From NCBI RefSeq assembly GCF_009914755.1, contig NC_060932.1: a DNA stretch of 64,000 nt; one strand, written 5' to 3'. The position numbers were made by a program, and so were the translations under genes. How positions within the stretch are numbered: position 1 is the first letter of the stretch; each line of letters opens with the position of its first letter. The notes under the pieces are model-generated. The model had not been told where the DNA came from. It did no database searches and worked only from the letters and a program-made list of their open reading frames with translations. Below, piece after piece: positions 45,531 to 60,579 of this stretch. The DNA is from the human T2T-CHM13v2.0 reference genome, Homo sapiens.

Positions 45531-46859
45531 GGGTCCCCAAGCAATAAGAAAAGATACTTATGGTAGGGTCCTACAGACTAGGAGGCCTGAGGATTGCTAG
45601 GGTTCACTCTCCCCTAAATCTTTATTGTTCCGTTTTCATCCTCAATTTATATGTAAATATTCAGGGTCTCTGGGTGCTTGACATGACCCTGTGGAGGAAA
45701 GCAGTGAGGCACTCTGAGATGCACTGCCTGCTATCTGGCCCTCTGTTCTTCTGATTCCTTCACTCCTTCAGCCACAGACACTTTCCAAGTGCCTACAATG
45801 TGGCAGGAACTGTGCTGGGCTTGGGAATACAGCACAAACATAATAAGCTCCTCAATATCACACTTGATGTTTTGTCAAATTCTGTTAATACTTGAAAATG
45901 GCCCCAGCTTGTGAGTAATTAGCTGGCTCAAAGATCACGTTCACATAGCTTTCTCATCAGCAATTTTTTAAAACCAATTTTGACACATCTTTGCTCAAAT
46001 AAATGAACATTCCTATCTTGAAGGCCTTCTTGAAGCAGAAAGAGAAGGGCAGATGGGGGCAGAAGGGATGGGGGCCAGAGCATGTTCTAATGTAACATGA
46101 GAAAACATGTGCACGCCAGCGTTGTTTATTACGAAAAGCCCTGCTTTTCCTTCGTACACTGTTTTGCACACTCCCCACATCAGAGATTGATTTCTTTTTT
46201 CAGTGACGCTGACGGATGTCCAAGGAGACATTCTTTACACTCTTGACAACACAGACATTCTTGAAATATTTGCAAGGTTAAGAAAATGCTTAGGAGGTTT
46301 TCTTTCAAATAAATTTTGTAATATAACCTTTCTTTGCTCCTGGTATCTTGCAGTGGTGGGGGAGGGGCTGGAAACACGAAAAAAAATTAAATAGGGTTTA
46401 TCTGTAGGAGTTTACCAGGGACCTCAGTGGTGAAGGCCAACCTGCCTGCTAGCCCCAGATAGCTGAGAATAAGGCCTGGGCCAGACAAGAGGGTGGGGGT
46501 GAGGGTCTTGAACCGGCAGAGCTCCTCCCAAGGGGCTGAGCCCCTCTCACTTTGATGCAGTCAGAAGCTCCAGGAATACTTGATGGACATGATTTCCTAC
46601 AGGCAAAAGGAAATAAACAGCTCTGCATACGTAAAGGGCTGAGGTCATTGCCCCTTGGTGTTTCTCACCTGGCAGGAGAGAGGAGGGGCTGTAGAATTTA
46701 GCAGGGAGACAATGATGGTGACTCAGTGCTGAAAGTTTCCCGCAAGCAGACACAGGCCACTTTCCCTGTGTCTACTCACAAGCTCACCCAAGAAAGAGCC
46801 TATGCCTTCGGGGCTCATCTCCTCCCTGTCATCTCTCTCCTCACAACTAAAAGGAAGGC

Positions 46860-47039
46860 CTAGAACAGCTCCACTCAGGGAATGAGTGCAGGAGAATCAC
46901 CAGGACATGGTGGGCCAATGCAGATTTGGATTCAGTAGCTCCTGGGTGGTAGGACCTCACAGTCTGCATCTCTACTAAACTCCAGGTAATCCCAATGCCC
47001 ACGCAGTCACCGAACCACACTTGGATAGGAGTGGCCTAG
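46860..47039. mobile_element. MER5A1-like element
   Basis: gaatcacc...atgcagatttggattcagtag...tctgcatctctactaaactccaggt...accacacttg. Confidence 0.55.
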
Positions 47040-48452
47040 CTGGTTCCAAACCATCTACCTCATGCTGTGGTGGAGAGGAGGAGTTGGCTCATGTGGTTAG
47101 ATTGATAAAGGTGGTGTTTTTCTGATGACAGCAGATCTCCAATTTTAGCCCTGGAGACTATTCCAGAGGTGGAGTGCTGCTGCTATTGCTGTCTCTTACC
47201 GCCCTTCTTTCTCTGTCACACAGTCCAGCCTGACTGGTGCTCCGGCCAGCTGCCTGCCTCCTGTACTTGAGTGCAGGGTAGACCCCCTGGAAGAGAACAT
47301 TCAGAAGACACAAAAGCCTAAAATGAAATTTTGCATCCACCAGGCGATTCTCTGCTCAGTCACCCCGCCTCCAACTGCTTTAGGAGCAGCAGCGAGCGGC
47401 TGCTCAGCAAGGCAGCCTTTCCTCTGCTGCAGGAAGGCGTGCACTTCTAGCTGGAGCCCACTCCCCCTCTGCAGCAGAGTGTGCTTTTCATTAAACGGCC
47501 GCTCCAGATGAAAGGGCTATTGCTTCCAAATTGCATAAATTGCTATTTCTTTATTGCTCTCCTAACAAGGGCTGCCCTAAAATTGGCGTGAAGGGCTTCC
47601 AGTTTGCATTTTCCCTGTTTTCCAAGCCTTGCTCATTTTTCACATCTCTTGAACTCTCTCAATTCCAGCCTGCTTGAGTGGGTGGCAGAGCAGAGGGTGG
47701 GGCGGGGGTGGAGGGGGCTAATTAACCCAGGCTAAGAGCAGCCTTGGCAAGAAGCCAGGGGAGGGAGGCCTTGCTAGGTGGAGCTGGCACCTGGCTTGTT
47801 GTGTGGATAATGACTCAGGGACCACAAGAGAACCTGGGTAAGGTGCAGTTTGGGCAGCAGCAAATATCTGGCTTGAATCATGGCTGGATGTTTACTGTAT
47901 TATTTAGAAGGAAAGCTGGAGCTGTGATGATTCCTAAATAGAATAAGACAGGCTGACACAGACATGAAGACTGGCAAGTCAGAATAAGGTATGCCTGTCG
48001 GCTTTGTCTCTAGGATGTTGTGTTCTTTGATTTGTCACAGAGGATGGAGCAGTTCTGAACAGCAGATCACTGTTCAGAAGCAGCCTAGCATTAAGTGAAT
48101 CAGAGAGTGCCCTCCTAGGTGGAGAGGGGAAGGGCGAATTGCTTCAGGGAGAGGTGATGACATTGTCTCCTTCTTGGAGGCCATCTCAGCTCACCAAGAG
48201 GTCCCTGAAACTGTGTACCTTGGCACTGGCTTCTTCAATGCCAAGGCAAGACCGGGCTGGACTGACAGGTCCTTCAAGAAACTGGGGTAAACACAACTTT
48301 CTTGCCTGGACCGTCTTGGATCTCTTGGGGACATTCTCAGAGGGCATGGGTTTGGGCTGGGCTCTGTGCTGGGAAAGGGGCCCTTGAAGCAGACAGGAGA
48401 GTTAATATGTTTAAAGAGCTTAGATCATTGTCCAGCACATCATAAGCCCTAA

Positions 48453-48770
<318 letters not shown>

Positions 48771-49096
48771 TAATAGCTATTTTTATTTGGCAATCTGATT
48801 CATTCCAGAGGTGCCCCAAACCCACCTGGAACTGAATAACACTAGCTGGTCAGAAGTAATCATCCTGCCTGAGTTTCCTTAAATCAGTCTCCAACCAGCC
48901 TGTCATGATCAATGTAATGTATGTTGCAGCAAGTTCTTTACTGATCAAAAAGAGTAAACATTTTCCATAGATTTATGTCTTTAACAAAATAATTGAATTA
49001 GCGTGGGTTTAAAGTTGCTTTCTGAGTAGTAGGGAAAATTAGTTAGTTATAGCTGACTCTCAGGGAATGACGCAATAATCCCCCACATTTGCCAGC

Positions 49097-49326
49097 TGTG
49101 CTGTAGCAGAGCTGAACACTGAAGCCATGCTGCCTGGGTTTTACTCCTGGCTCAGCTGGTCACTAGCTGTGTGGCCTTGGGCAAGCAACTTTACCTTCTC
49201 TACCTCAGTTTCCTCATCTGTAGATGGGAATGGTAAGAGAACCTACCTCAGGGAGTTGTGGTGAGGACCGAGTGGGTTCATGTGTGTAGAGCATTTAGCA
49301 TAGTGCCTGGCATGTAACTAGTGCTA
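49097..49326 (+). mobile_element. MIR, near full length
   Basis: ctgcctgggtt...ctagctgtgtggccttgggcaag...cctcagtttcctcatctgta...acctacctcaggg...agtgcctggca. Confidence 0.85.
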
Positions 49327-49464
49327 CTATACTGTCACCCCTTTGGAGGTACTGTGTCATTTGTCATGCATCTACCAGTAGAAAGAAGGCCAGGAACCAC
49401 CACACTGGATTGTCTATGGGTCATTCCATCAGTAAATTGGTTGGTAAGTTGGTTGAGTAGTACT

Positions 49465-49612
49465 TCTCCTCATGTACTAGACTGTATATGAAGGCAGTGA
49501 ATTTCATCTGTTTTATCAATGACTGAATCCCCAGCACCTATAACAGGGCCTGGCCCATTGAACAATGTAGGTCCTTGATAAACATCTGTGAAATGTTGAA
49601 TCAATGAATTAA
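49465..49612 (+). mobile_element. L2 3' end
   Basis: actagactgta...atccccagcacctataacagggcctggc...tgttgaatcaatgaat. Confidence 0.7.
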
Positions 49613-49631
49613 CATCAATTGAAAGGATTTT

Positions 49632-49931
<300 letters not shown>

Positions 49932-50289
49932 AATTGAAAGGACTTCATGAGTATCTGCTAGGCTGACAATATTTTTCCAGGGTAAGAACTGTTATCTGGC
50001 TCACTCTGCCCCATCCTATGGTCCATCCTCAAGTGTCTAAATTTTGTCTAGGGATTAAGCATCAGGGGAGTTTGGCTTGCAGAGAAACTGCTCTGTGTTC
50101 TGATTATCTTCTGGCCCACAGAGAGCCTGACACCCCACTGTGCATCTGTGCACAGAGAAATTTGGGGGAGACTCCAAACTATTCTAGCTGCTGCTCTATA
50201 GGAGTCTGAGGAAGTAGAGTGTAAGTGAAGCTTTGGAGAAGTGAAAATGTGGTTAGGAGGAAAAAAGAAAAGAGCAAAATAAGAGTGTA

Positions 50290-50830
50290 TCTGTAGGGGA
50301 CACTTGTCATGTTTCCCGGCTGCACAGCAGCTGTTGAAAAGCCTTCCACTATTTGGAGAAAGTCTTGCCTTATGAGCTCATCTGAAAACGTGTTCCTAGG
50401 CTCCCTTGCAGCTAATGCCCTGGCATGTGATCTGGGCTCCACCCACCAGACATGATGCTTGTGTGATACTTGAGACTTCTCTTTGCAAGTGGACAATGTA
50501 AGAATGCCAGTGCCATGCAGGATCCATTTTCTGGTGAAGATGGTGGAGGGGATGTTTTGTAGTGGCAGTGGCTGAAAAGTCAAATTCCTGGTTCAGAAGT
50601 GCTACTACTGGTGTTGAGGGCAGCAGCAGCTGCAGTAAAGTAAGATCCTGGTTTAAGTAGCGACACTGTGAACCGTAGCATCCAGCGCCTGGTGGTAGTG
50701 GTGACAGAGCAGTTCTGTGAATGTTATTTCTCAAAACACAGCCTCAAGCCTGTATCTCCAGTCTTCCTGACAATTCTGTGAGCTACCTAATACCCTTTGT
50801 GTAAACGCCTTTTCTACCTAACCAAAGAAA
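50290..50830 (+). mobile_element. LTR33/LTR41-like ERVL LTR
   Basis: ctcccttgcagcta...catgtga...ccacccaccaga; caattctgtgagctacctaataccctt. Confidence 0.55.
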
Positions 50831-50907
50831 TGTAAGTGAAAAGGTGCAGACTGCTGAACCACAAATCACATGTTTAAAGCATATCCCAGGAAAGAAAATG
50901 AAAAAAA

Positions 50908-51031
50908 TTTTTTGTGTGGTTAAATACACATAACACAAAATTGACCATTTTAACCATTTTTGTGTACAATTTAGTAGCATTAAGTACATTCAGAATATAG
51001 TGAAGCCATCACCACTATCCATTTCCAGAAC
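50908..51031 (-). mobile_element. L1MB 3' terminal fragment
   Basis: tgtggttaaatacacataacacaaaattgaccattttaaccattttt...ccatcaccactatccatttccagaac. Confidence 0.8.
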
Positions 51032-51631
51032 TATGAAAATAAAAAATTTTAACATAGATTATGTCTTTGAATATTCCACATTTCTAGGTCAGTTTTAATT
51101 CAAGTTAACATTTAATCGTTTAGTTTCTACAACGTAAGCTCTACAGCTCTGTTGTTTATTGCTGTATTACCAACATCTTGTAGATGCGGGGAAAATATTT
51201 GTTTGATATTAGTGATCAAATGGGATATTCTTGAGTCTAGTGCTCGTGCGGTGCCTGGGCATCTGGATGGGGGTGTAGACAAGTGTATACACACAGTGCG
51301 TGGGGGTAGACGCTCTGTTAGTGGGAAGAAGTGATCTTATCGAAGGCATGAAGCAGCGATTCCCAGCCAGGGCACATCTGTGCCCTGGGTTGTAGGGGGC
51401 TGGAGAGGCTAATGTAAATTACACTTCTACCTGGAATGAAGCTAACAAGGTCAACTAAAAGGCTCCCATGGCTGGGATTATAACAAGTTAGTGAGGCTAC
51501 ATCAGTTAGTTTCTGCTTCTCAGAAGCTTAGACTGGCTTTCAGTGATGTCATAAGGATTTCTTAAGATTTTTTGGGGAAAAATTAATAATAAAACAATAT
51601 TTGGTGGTGCAAGAGTTGAGGGACCATTTGG

Positions 51632-52090
51632 TCATTTATTCAATATTATTTATTGAGCATCTGCTTTGCACCAAGTTCTTTTCTGAGAACTGAGGTCTCT
51701 GCAGCAAACAAAACAGACATGTGCCTGATACTGAGACTTTACATACTAATGGAAGAGACAGAAAATAAACAAACACCAGATATGTCCGGTGGGGAAAGTG
51801 CTGGAAAGGAAAATAAGGCCGGGTAAGGGTGGAGAGAGTGACTGGAGGTATATGTGATTTTTGGTAGCGTCGTCATGGAGGATCTCTGAGAAGGTGATAT
51901 TTGAGCGAGGACCTAAGGGAAGGGAGGGAAGTTGCTGCAGAGACATCTAGAGTGTTCCAGACACACAGAACAGGAGGTACAGAGCTCTGCGGAAGGGTCA
52001 TGCTTGGCAAATCCCTGGAACGCAAGGAAGTCCGTGTGACCAGAGTGGAGCATGGGGAGAGCTGTAGGCGAGAAGGTCAAAGAGGCAGCA
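51632..52090 (-). mobile_element. L2a fragment
   Basis: tatttattgagcatctgct...aacaaaacagaca...ctctgagaaggtgatatttgagc...gacctaagg. Confidence 0.75.
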
Positions 52091-53285
52091 GAGAAAACAT
52101 TTTGCTCTAGAAGATCCTGAACGAATATTGCTAAGCATGGCAGACACACCTCCTTGGTCTCAAATGAAGTGTTTCTCTGAAGCGTTCACCGCCCTACAGG
52201 AGGAGGATGAAGGGACCGCTGGCTCTTTCCTCCCAGCCTTTCTGATAGCTCTGTCTTGAGTCCTAGTTATCATGGTGAATTGCCGTTTTCATTCTCTGGC
52301 TTCCTGGGCACAAGCTGGCTTTTCTGCAGTGAGAGGGGAGCTGTTGGCCTGCTTTCAGCAAGTCCCAGGCAGAGTGTCACCTCAGTGCCTGGCATGGGGC
52401 TGGCCATGTTGCCAGCGAGTGGGGTGTGATCCTTATCATTAAGGAAAAGGTGCAGGTGTGAGAGGAAAAGCAGAGATTGAACGTGGAAGGACAAAAGGAG
52501 AAGAGAGAACTAGAATGAAGGGGCCTATGAAAATGCGAGTCCCCACCTCCCCAAAAGTGTTGGCTTGGGTCTCTTGAAGATGATTGCTTTGACTTCTGCT
52601 GCATAGTTTCTCTTTAATTTTCCTGATATTAAGAGCAAAGAGTGCTGGGGCTGAGCAGAGAGTCTAATAAACACAGCAGGGGCCCTGTGTTCCTTCCTGG
52701 GGCGCTTGCAACGTGGAATGTGTCAGATTTGGAGCTGGCATGAGGGTGCCAGCCACAGCCCTGCCAAACCCCTGCACCATTAAACATCTGATTAAATACA
52801 CAGGGAATGATGCCGTTTTCTTTCAGCCTGTTCTTCGCTGACACCAACTATCCTTTGATATAAAACGGAATCTATCAGAATCAGCAGTTCCTTGTTGGGA
52901 AGGGCTATGTTGTATTTCTCTCCATCTGATATGTAATCTCAGTGACCCTGAGTTCCTAGCCTTCTGCAAGCTCATTTTCTTTAACACTAGATAGTGATAG
53001 CCTGAATCCTTGCTCTGTGTGACTGCAGGATACTAGGGCTGTCCAGATAGTACTGAAGATATTTGCCAAGTGCCTGCGTGTCCTGGATGTTGCCGGTCAC
53101 TTACCCCCTACCTCCCATCCCATGACACCTTCCACCTCTCCGCTGTAGCTGGCCCTCCAGTTTCTCATACTATTGTCTCTTTCTGCTCTGCTTCTACGTG
53201 GTTGTGGACACAGTCTTCCCCTATATTCTCTACCTCACCTACCAAACCAGGCTGGTATGTGTGTGGAGGCAGGGCTGAGTCAGAA

Positions 53286-53575
53286 TTTTTTTTTTTTTCT
53301 GAAGTAGGGTCTTACTCCAATGTCCAGGTAGAGTGCAGTGGTGTGATCTTGGCTCACTGCAGCCTTCACCCCCACAGGCTCAAGCCATCCTTCCACCTCA
53401 GCCTCCTGAGTAGCTGGGACTACAGGCACATGCCACCGCGCCCAGCTAATTGTTTTTTGTAATTTTAGTAGAGACAGGCTTTTGCCATGTTGCCCAGGCT
53501 GGTCTTGAACTCCTGGCATCAAGCAATCTGCCCACCTTGGCCTCCCAAAGTGCTGGGATTACAGGCGTGAGCCAT
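53286..53575 (-). mobile_element. AluJ
   Basis: ctcactgcagcct...ggctcaagccatcc...; TSD gagtcaga. Confidence 0.92.
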
Positions 53576-54468
53576 GAGAGTCAGAGTATTTAACAACTGC
53601 TGTGGCCCAGAGTATGGCCAATCCATCCTAAAGGATCCTTGTGGTATCAGGCATAACCCTTTAGGGTTATGGATCACGGGGTGGCTAAGGGGGCTTGGGG
53701 TGGGCTGGGGTGCTCAAGGTAACAGTGTCCTAGGGGATAACTGGGAGAGAAAGCCTCAGGACAGCGGCCATCTACCAACCAGTATGAAATATTTTAATAT
53801 TTTAACACCTAGTACAGCTATACAGTTGGTGCTCACTCAGTAGTTTTGTGTACCCAATTTGCTGAGGGGTAGAGCACATTGCTTGGGCAACTGAAAATTA
53901 GATCTTAAACATCACTGTAGGTCTATCATCATCCCCCATTAGAAGGAGCCCCTCACTGACAGTCTCTCTTTTTGGCTACCAGTTGGCCTCCATGATTGTG
54001 GGGTCTCTTCCCTCAGAACCAAGCTCCTTCTCAAATCTGCTTTCATGCTCAAGCCTAGAATTCTTCCCCAGCTCAGCTCAAACCAGAATTTCTGTATTTT
54101 ACATTTGTCAGGGACAAACCAACAACGCCTTCACAAAAACAACCAAAAATACTGCCCAAGGAAATCATTGTCGATTTTACTTTACTTATGAAGAACAACC
54201 TCGGTCCACCTTCCCCTCATTTTTCACAGCCAAGTGCCATGAAATATTTTCTTACACAGTAGAGCAGTTTCATCTCTAGGATGAATTCTGTCCCTATCCC
54301 CTAGAGCAAGGGTGACAACTTGCAGCCATATTTTAAAATAGCATTTTGGGGTGTCTGTATTAGACATGAAAATCACCTAGCTTTCCATGTCTAAGATAGA
54401 TCATAGAGGCTGAATAAATGCTATCAAGAGACTCAATAAATGATATTTTCTTCATCACTCCTTAGCCA

Positions 54469-54690
54469 CACCTCCTACTAGGTTCTCAATAATTTTATTG
54501 AAGAATTTGATTGATTGATTGACCAGCCCATTTATTCATCTGTTCAACAAATTGGTATTTAGAGCCTACTATGTGTCACCTCTTAGTAGGTTCTCAATAA
54601 TTTTATTGAAGAAATCGATTGATTGTTTCATTCATTCATTCATTCATTCACCTGTTCCACAAATATATATTTAGAGCCTACTGTGTGTCA
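54469..54690. repeat. Tandem duplication (period about 108 bp) of a tail-to-tail L2 junction
   Basis: cacctc.ta.taggttctcaataattttattgaagaa...tatttagagcctact.tgtgtca occurs at 54469 and 54577. Confidence 0.88.
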
Positions 54691-55020
54691 GGCACTGTGC
54701 TCTTTGGAAAAACAGGGGAAAACAAAAAGGACAAAGATCCCTGCTCTCACAGAGCTTACATTTTAGTGGGGGAGACAGCAATCACAAATAAATATTTAAA
54801 ACATAGAGTATTGAAATAGTAATAAGTGCTAAGGAGCTAAAAAGCAGGAAAGATGCATAGGCAGTGTGGAGGGAGGGGAGTGCATGGTTTTAGATAGAGA
54901 ACTAGGGAGGGCACTGAGGAAAAGGTGATGTCTGAGTGAAGGCCTGAAGGAGGAGAAAGTGAACTGTGCTGATATCTGGGGGAGGATGAGGGGCAGAAAA
55001 CCCATTGGCACATGGTGAGC
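54625..55020 (-). mobile_element. L2a fragment
   Basis: (CATT)n tail, gcctactgtgtgtcaggcactgtgc...ccctgctctcacagagcttacattttagtgggggagacag...aaggtgatgtctgag. Confidence 0.8.
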
Positions 55021-55115
55021 AAAACCAACGACACTGAGAAAGCCCAGTTTGTAACATGATCAAATTGAAATACAGACAGATGCTTTCGGTGGTCTTTGGT
55101 TTTCTCCTTCATTGA

Positions 55116-55432
<317 letters not shown>

Positions 55433-55435
55433 TCG

Positions 55436-55440
<5 letters not shown>

Positions 55441-55491
<51 letters not shown>

Positions 55492-55494
55492 TGT
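55441..55494. repeat. (GT)22 microsatellite with short interrupted extension
   Basis: Run directly after Alu 5' end. Confidence 0.95.
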
Positions 55495-55929
55495 TTTAAT
55501 GAAGAAACTACTTTGTCTCCCTGGTCAGTGCTTTTGGCAATCATCACATTTTTCCCTCCACCTCATTCATTACAGGGGGATGAATATCCCTGGCACAGTT
55601 GTGTCAGACTACTAAACTTATGGTACTTATGATTTGTTTAGGGCAGAAAATAAAAACAAATGTGACATTTACTTTCTTGTTGTTCTGCATTTTCCCCAGT
55701 AAATCAATCATGATAGTTAATTAATTGTGGGTACATTTATGTGCCTGAACCAAGTACAGCTGTTCCAAATAAGTTCACATTGAAATGACCCAATAATAAC
55801 TGTTTGCTATCATGTTTCCAGAAGCACATTTGCCCTGGGCAGTTTTGTTCACTCACAAACTCTGTTGCCTATGGCAACAAATGTTTACATTTAGGCTGAT
55901 AGGAACCTGTAAGAAGTGATCAATTTTTA

Positions 55930-56632
<703 letters not shown>

Positions 56633-56999
56633 CTGAGGTAGCATTCTTAATAATGAGGTTCACATGGCAAAGCAGCCCAGTGGTTTTTAGCTCTTTCCTG
56701 CTTTTTAGCTCCTTAGCATTTAGCCTTGTTTCACAGGCCGCTGTTACACATGAAGAATGCTGCTGTGTGGAGTGCCCTTCCTTGTATTACATGTCCTTCA
56801 GGAGGGGCATCTTTGGAAGGAGTGGCCAGCCTATTCCCAATAACCCAGGTGCATGGGCACCTGGCCAGGCCAGCCAGCCCGCCTCCCTTCTTATTCAGCC
56901 ATGCCCTTCAATAGTTTGATTAAATTACCCATCAGAGGAAAGTATTGTCTGCATGGTTATTTCTGGAAAAAACAAGTCAGTAAAATTCACATACTTAGA

Positions 57000-57165
57000 T
57001 AAAATGGGTTCTAATTACGGCTTCTTTGTTTATTTGGGTGAGTCATTTCACCTCTCTGAGCCATAGTTTCCTCATTTGTAAAATGGGAAGAACAATCATA
57101 CCAATCTTATAGGGCTATGGTATCAAATAAATAAAACATCTCACATGATGCCTAGCATGGCAAGA
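57000..57165 (+). mobile_element. MIR
   Basis: gtcatttcacctctctgagccatagtttcctcatttgtaaaatggg. Confidence 0.75.
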
Positions 57166-57245
57166 AATCCTGGCCACTATTATTCGAGTTATTTTGAAGA
57201 TCAAATTAGATCATAGCTGTGGAAGTACTTTGTCCTTTGCAAAGA

Positions 57246-58968
57246 ATCACCACCACCATCACCACCATCACCACCGCCATCATTACCACCACCACCACCA
57301 CCACCACCACCACCATCATTACCACAACCACCACTACCACCACCACCATTACCACCACCACCATTACCACCACCACCACCACCATTACCACCACCACCGT
57401 TACCACCACCACCACCACCACCTTTACCACCACCACCACTACCACCACCACCACCATTACCACCACCACATCACCACCACCATCACCACCATCATTACCA
57501 CCATCACCACCACCACCACCACCTTTACCACCACTACCACCACCACCACCATCATTACCACCACCACCACTACCACCACCACCACCATCATTACCACCAC
57601 CACCACTACCACCACCACCACCATCATTACCACCACCACCACTACCACCACCACCACCATCATTACCACCACCACCATTACCACCACCACCATTACCACC
57701 ACCACCATTACCACCACCACCACCACCACCATCATCATTACCACCACCACCACCACCATCATCATTACCACCACCACCACCACCATCATCATTACCACCA
57801 CCATCATTACCACCACCACCACCACCACCATCTTTACCACCACCACCACCACCATTACCACCACCACATCACCACCACCATCACCACCATCATTACCACC
57901 ATCACCACCACCACCACCATTACCACCACCACCACTACCACCACCACCACCATCATTACCACCACCATCATTACCACCACCACCACCACCACCATTACCA
58001 CCACCACCACTACCACCACCACCACCATTACCACCATCACCACCACCACCACCATTACCACCACCACCACTACCACCACCACCACCATCATTACCACCAC
58101 CATCATTACCACCACCACCACCACCACCACTACCACCACCACCATTACCACCACCACCACCATTACCACCATCACCACCACCACCACCATTACCACCACC
58201 ACCACTACCACCACCACCACCATCATTACCACCACCATCATTACCACCATCACCACCACCACCACCACCACCACCACCACCACCATTACCACCACCACCA
58301 CCATTACCACCACCACCACCATCACCACCACCACCATCATTACCACCACCACCACTACCACCACCACCACCATCACCACCACCACCATCATTACCACCAC
58401 CACCACCACCACCACCATTACCACCACCACCACTACCACCACCACCACCATCACCACCACCACCATCATTACCACCACCACCACCACCACCATTACCACC
58501 ACCACCACTACCACCACCACCACCATTACCACCATCACCACCACCACCAGCACCTTTACCACCACCACCACTACCACCACCACTACCACCACCACCACCA
58601 TTACCACCACCACCATCATTACCACCATCACCACTACCACCACTACCATCACTACCACCACCACCAACACTCTCACTACCACCACTACCACCATCAATTA
58701 CCACCATCACCACTACCAGTTGCCACGACCACCAATTACCACCACCACCACTACCATCACCACCATCATTAACCACCACCAATTACCACCACCACCATCA
58801 CTACCACCACCACCACCTCACTACCACCACTACCACCATCAATTACCACCACCACCACCACCACCATTACTACTACCACCACCACCACTACCACCACAAC
58901 CACCATCACCATCACCACCACCACTGCCACCATCACTAATATTATTATCATCATCATCATCACTATCA
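57246..58968. repeat. Approximately 1.7 kb complex (CAC)n/(TGG)n trinucleotide array with CAT/TAC variants
   Basis: Continuous CAC triplets with catta/cacta/catca variants; gives poly-H/T/P and poly-V/G ORFs. Confidence 0.98.
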
Positions 58969-59084
58969 CACCTCTACTATCATAAAGGATCCCTGTCTTC
59001 TACACACTTATAAACCTCTCTTCACCTTAACACAGTGCTGAGTATACCAACGACATTTAATTTATATTATTTCATGATGATGCA

Positions 59085-59220
59085 GCCTGCTGTGGTGAAG
59101 GACGTGAGACTAAAATCAGAAGCCTTATGTTCTAGGCTCCACTAAATCTTTATGTGACCTTAGAGAAGTCACTTAAACCCTCTCAGCTTTATTTCACTGT
59201 AAAATGAAGAAGTTGGAGCC
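59085..59220 (+). mobile_element. MIR
   Basis: tgtgaccttagagaagtcacttaaaccctctcagc...ctgtaaaatgaag. Confidence 0.65.
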
Positions 59221-60166
59221 CAAAATTCTCATAATGCTCAAACTTTTACAATCCGGTATAAAGTGAGGGCAAGACTGGCACTGTGAGTATCAATTTCTGT
59301 GAGATGAGAGGTCTGGGAAGTTTCAGCTTCAGTCTCAGCTTTCTTGTTCTCCCTACCTTCAGCCTTACCTTAGCCAACTAATCTTCTCAGAAAGCCCAGA
59401 AGAACTTTCTTAAACGAAAACTCAATGACATTACTTGGCTGCTTAGCATCTGTCAGTGACTTCCCATTGCCTTAAGAATAGAATCTAAACTCTATGGCAT
59501 GACATGCTAAGGGCGGCTTGTAACCATGAAACATTGGAAAGAACATATATGTCTCCTGTTGAGGACAGAAGTAAAAGTCGAACCGTGATATTTCAACAGA
59601 ATGTTATTTGCAAGTTAAAATAGTGCTGTAAAGACTAAGTAATAACATGGAAAGTACTTATAATGAAATAAGTTGAAGAATGCAAGCAAAAATATTTTAT
59701 ATACAGTATCATTATAGCTATGCTAAATAAGACAAACCAGTTTATTTTTTTAAAAAATACAATTTTTAAAAACCCCAAACATAAATAATAGATTTGAACA
59801 GTTTTCTTCCTCCTTTGTAACTTCACTGTTTTATAATTTTTTTGCTTAATGAGTGCCTATTATTTAAAAAATTTTAAATATTCAATGCTTTTTAAAAAAT
59901 TCCAAAAGTAAATCATGTTCATTTTAGAAACTTAAAAAAATCCAGCTAAGAAAAAACCCCAAAACTACATGTACTCCCTGTTTCTCAGAAATAACCACCG
60001 CTAAATCCTCTTATATATTCTCCTTCTTGTATATTCCTATATCTAAGCAAATCTAAAACGTTATACAAATTCTGGCACTCAGAGTGGCCCAGTCCAGATG
60101 AGCCGTGCCATTGGAGCGTTCCCATTTCCTGAGGCTCACCCTGCCTGGGTGTTACATCTCGTATAA

Positions 60167-60579
<413 letters not shown>

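Noticed and set aside
57194-58939. 581-aa, 517-aa, 441-aa and 280-aa ORFs (poly-His/Thr/Pro, poly-Gly/Val) resembling extensin/formin-like proteins
   Set aside because: Pure consequence of a stop-poor triplet repeat; frames swap at single-base slips, with no unique domain or splice context.
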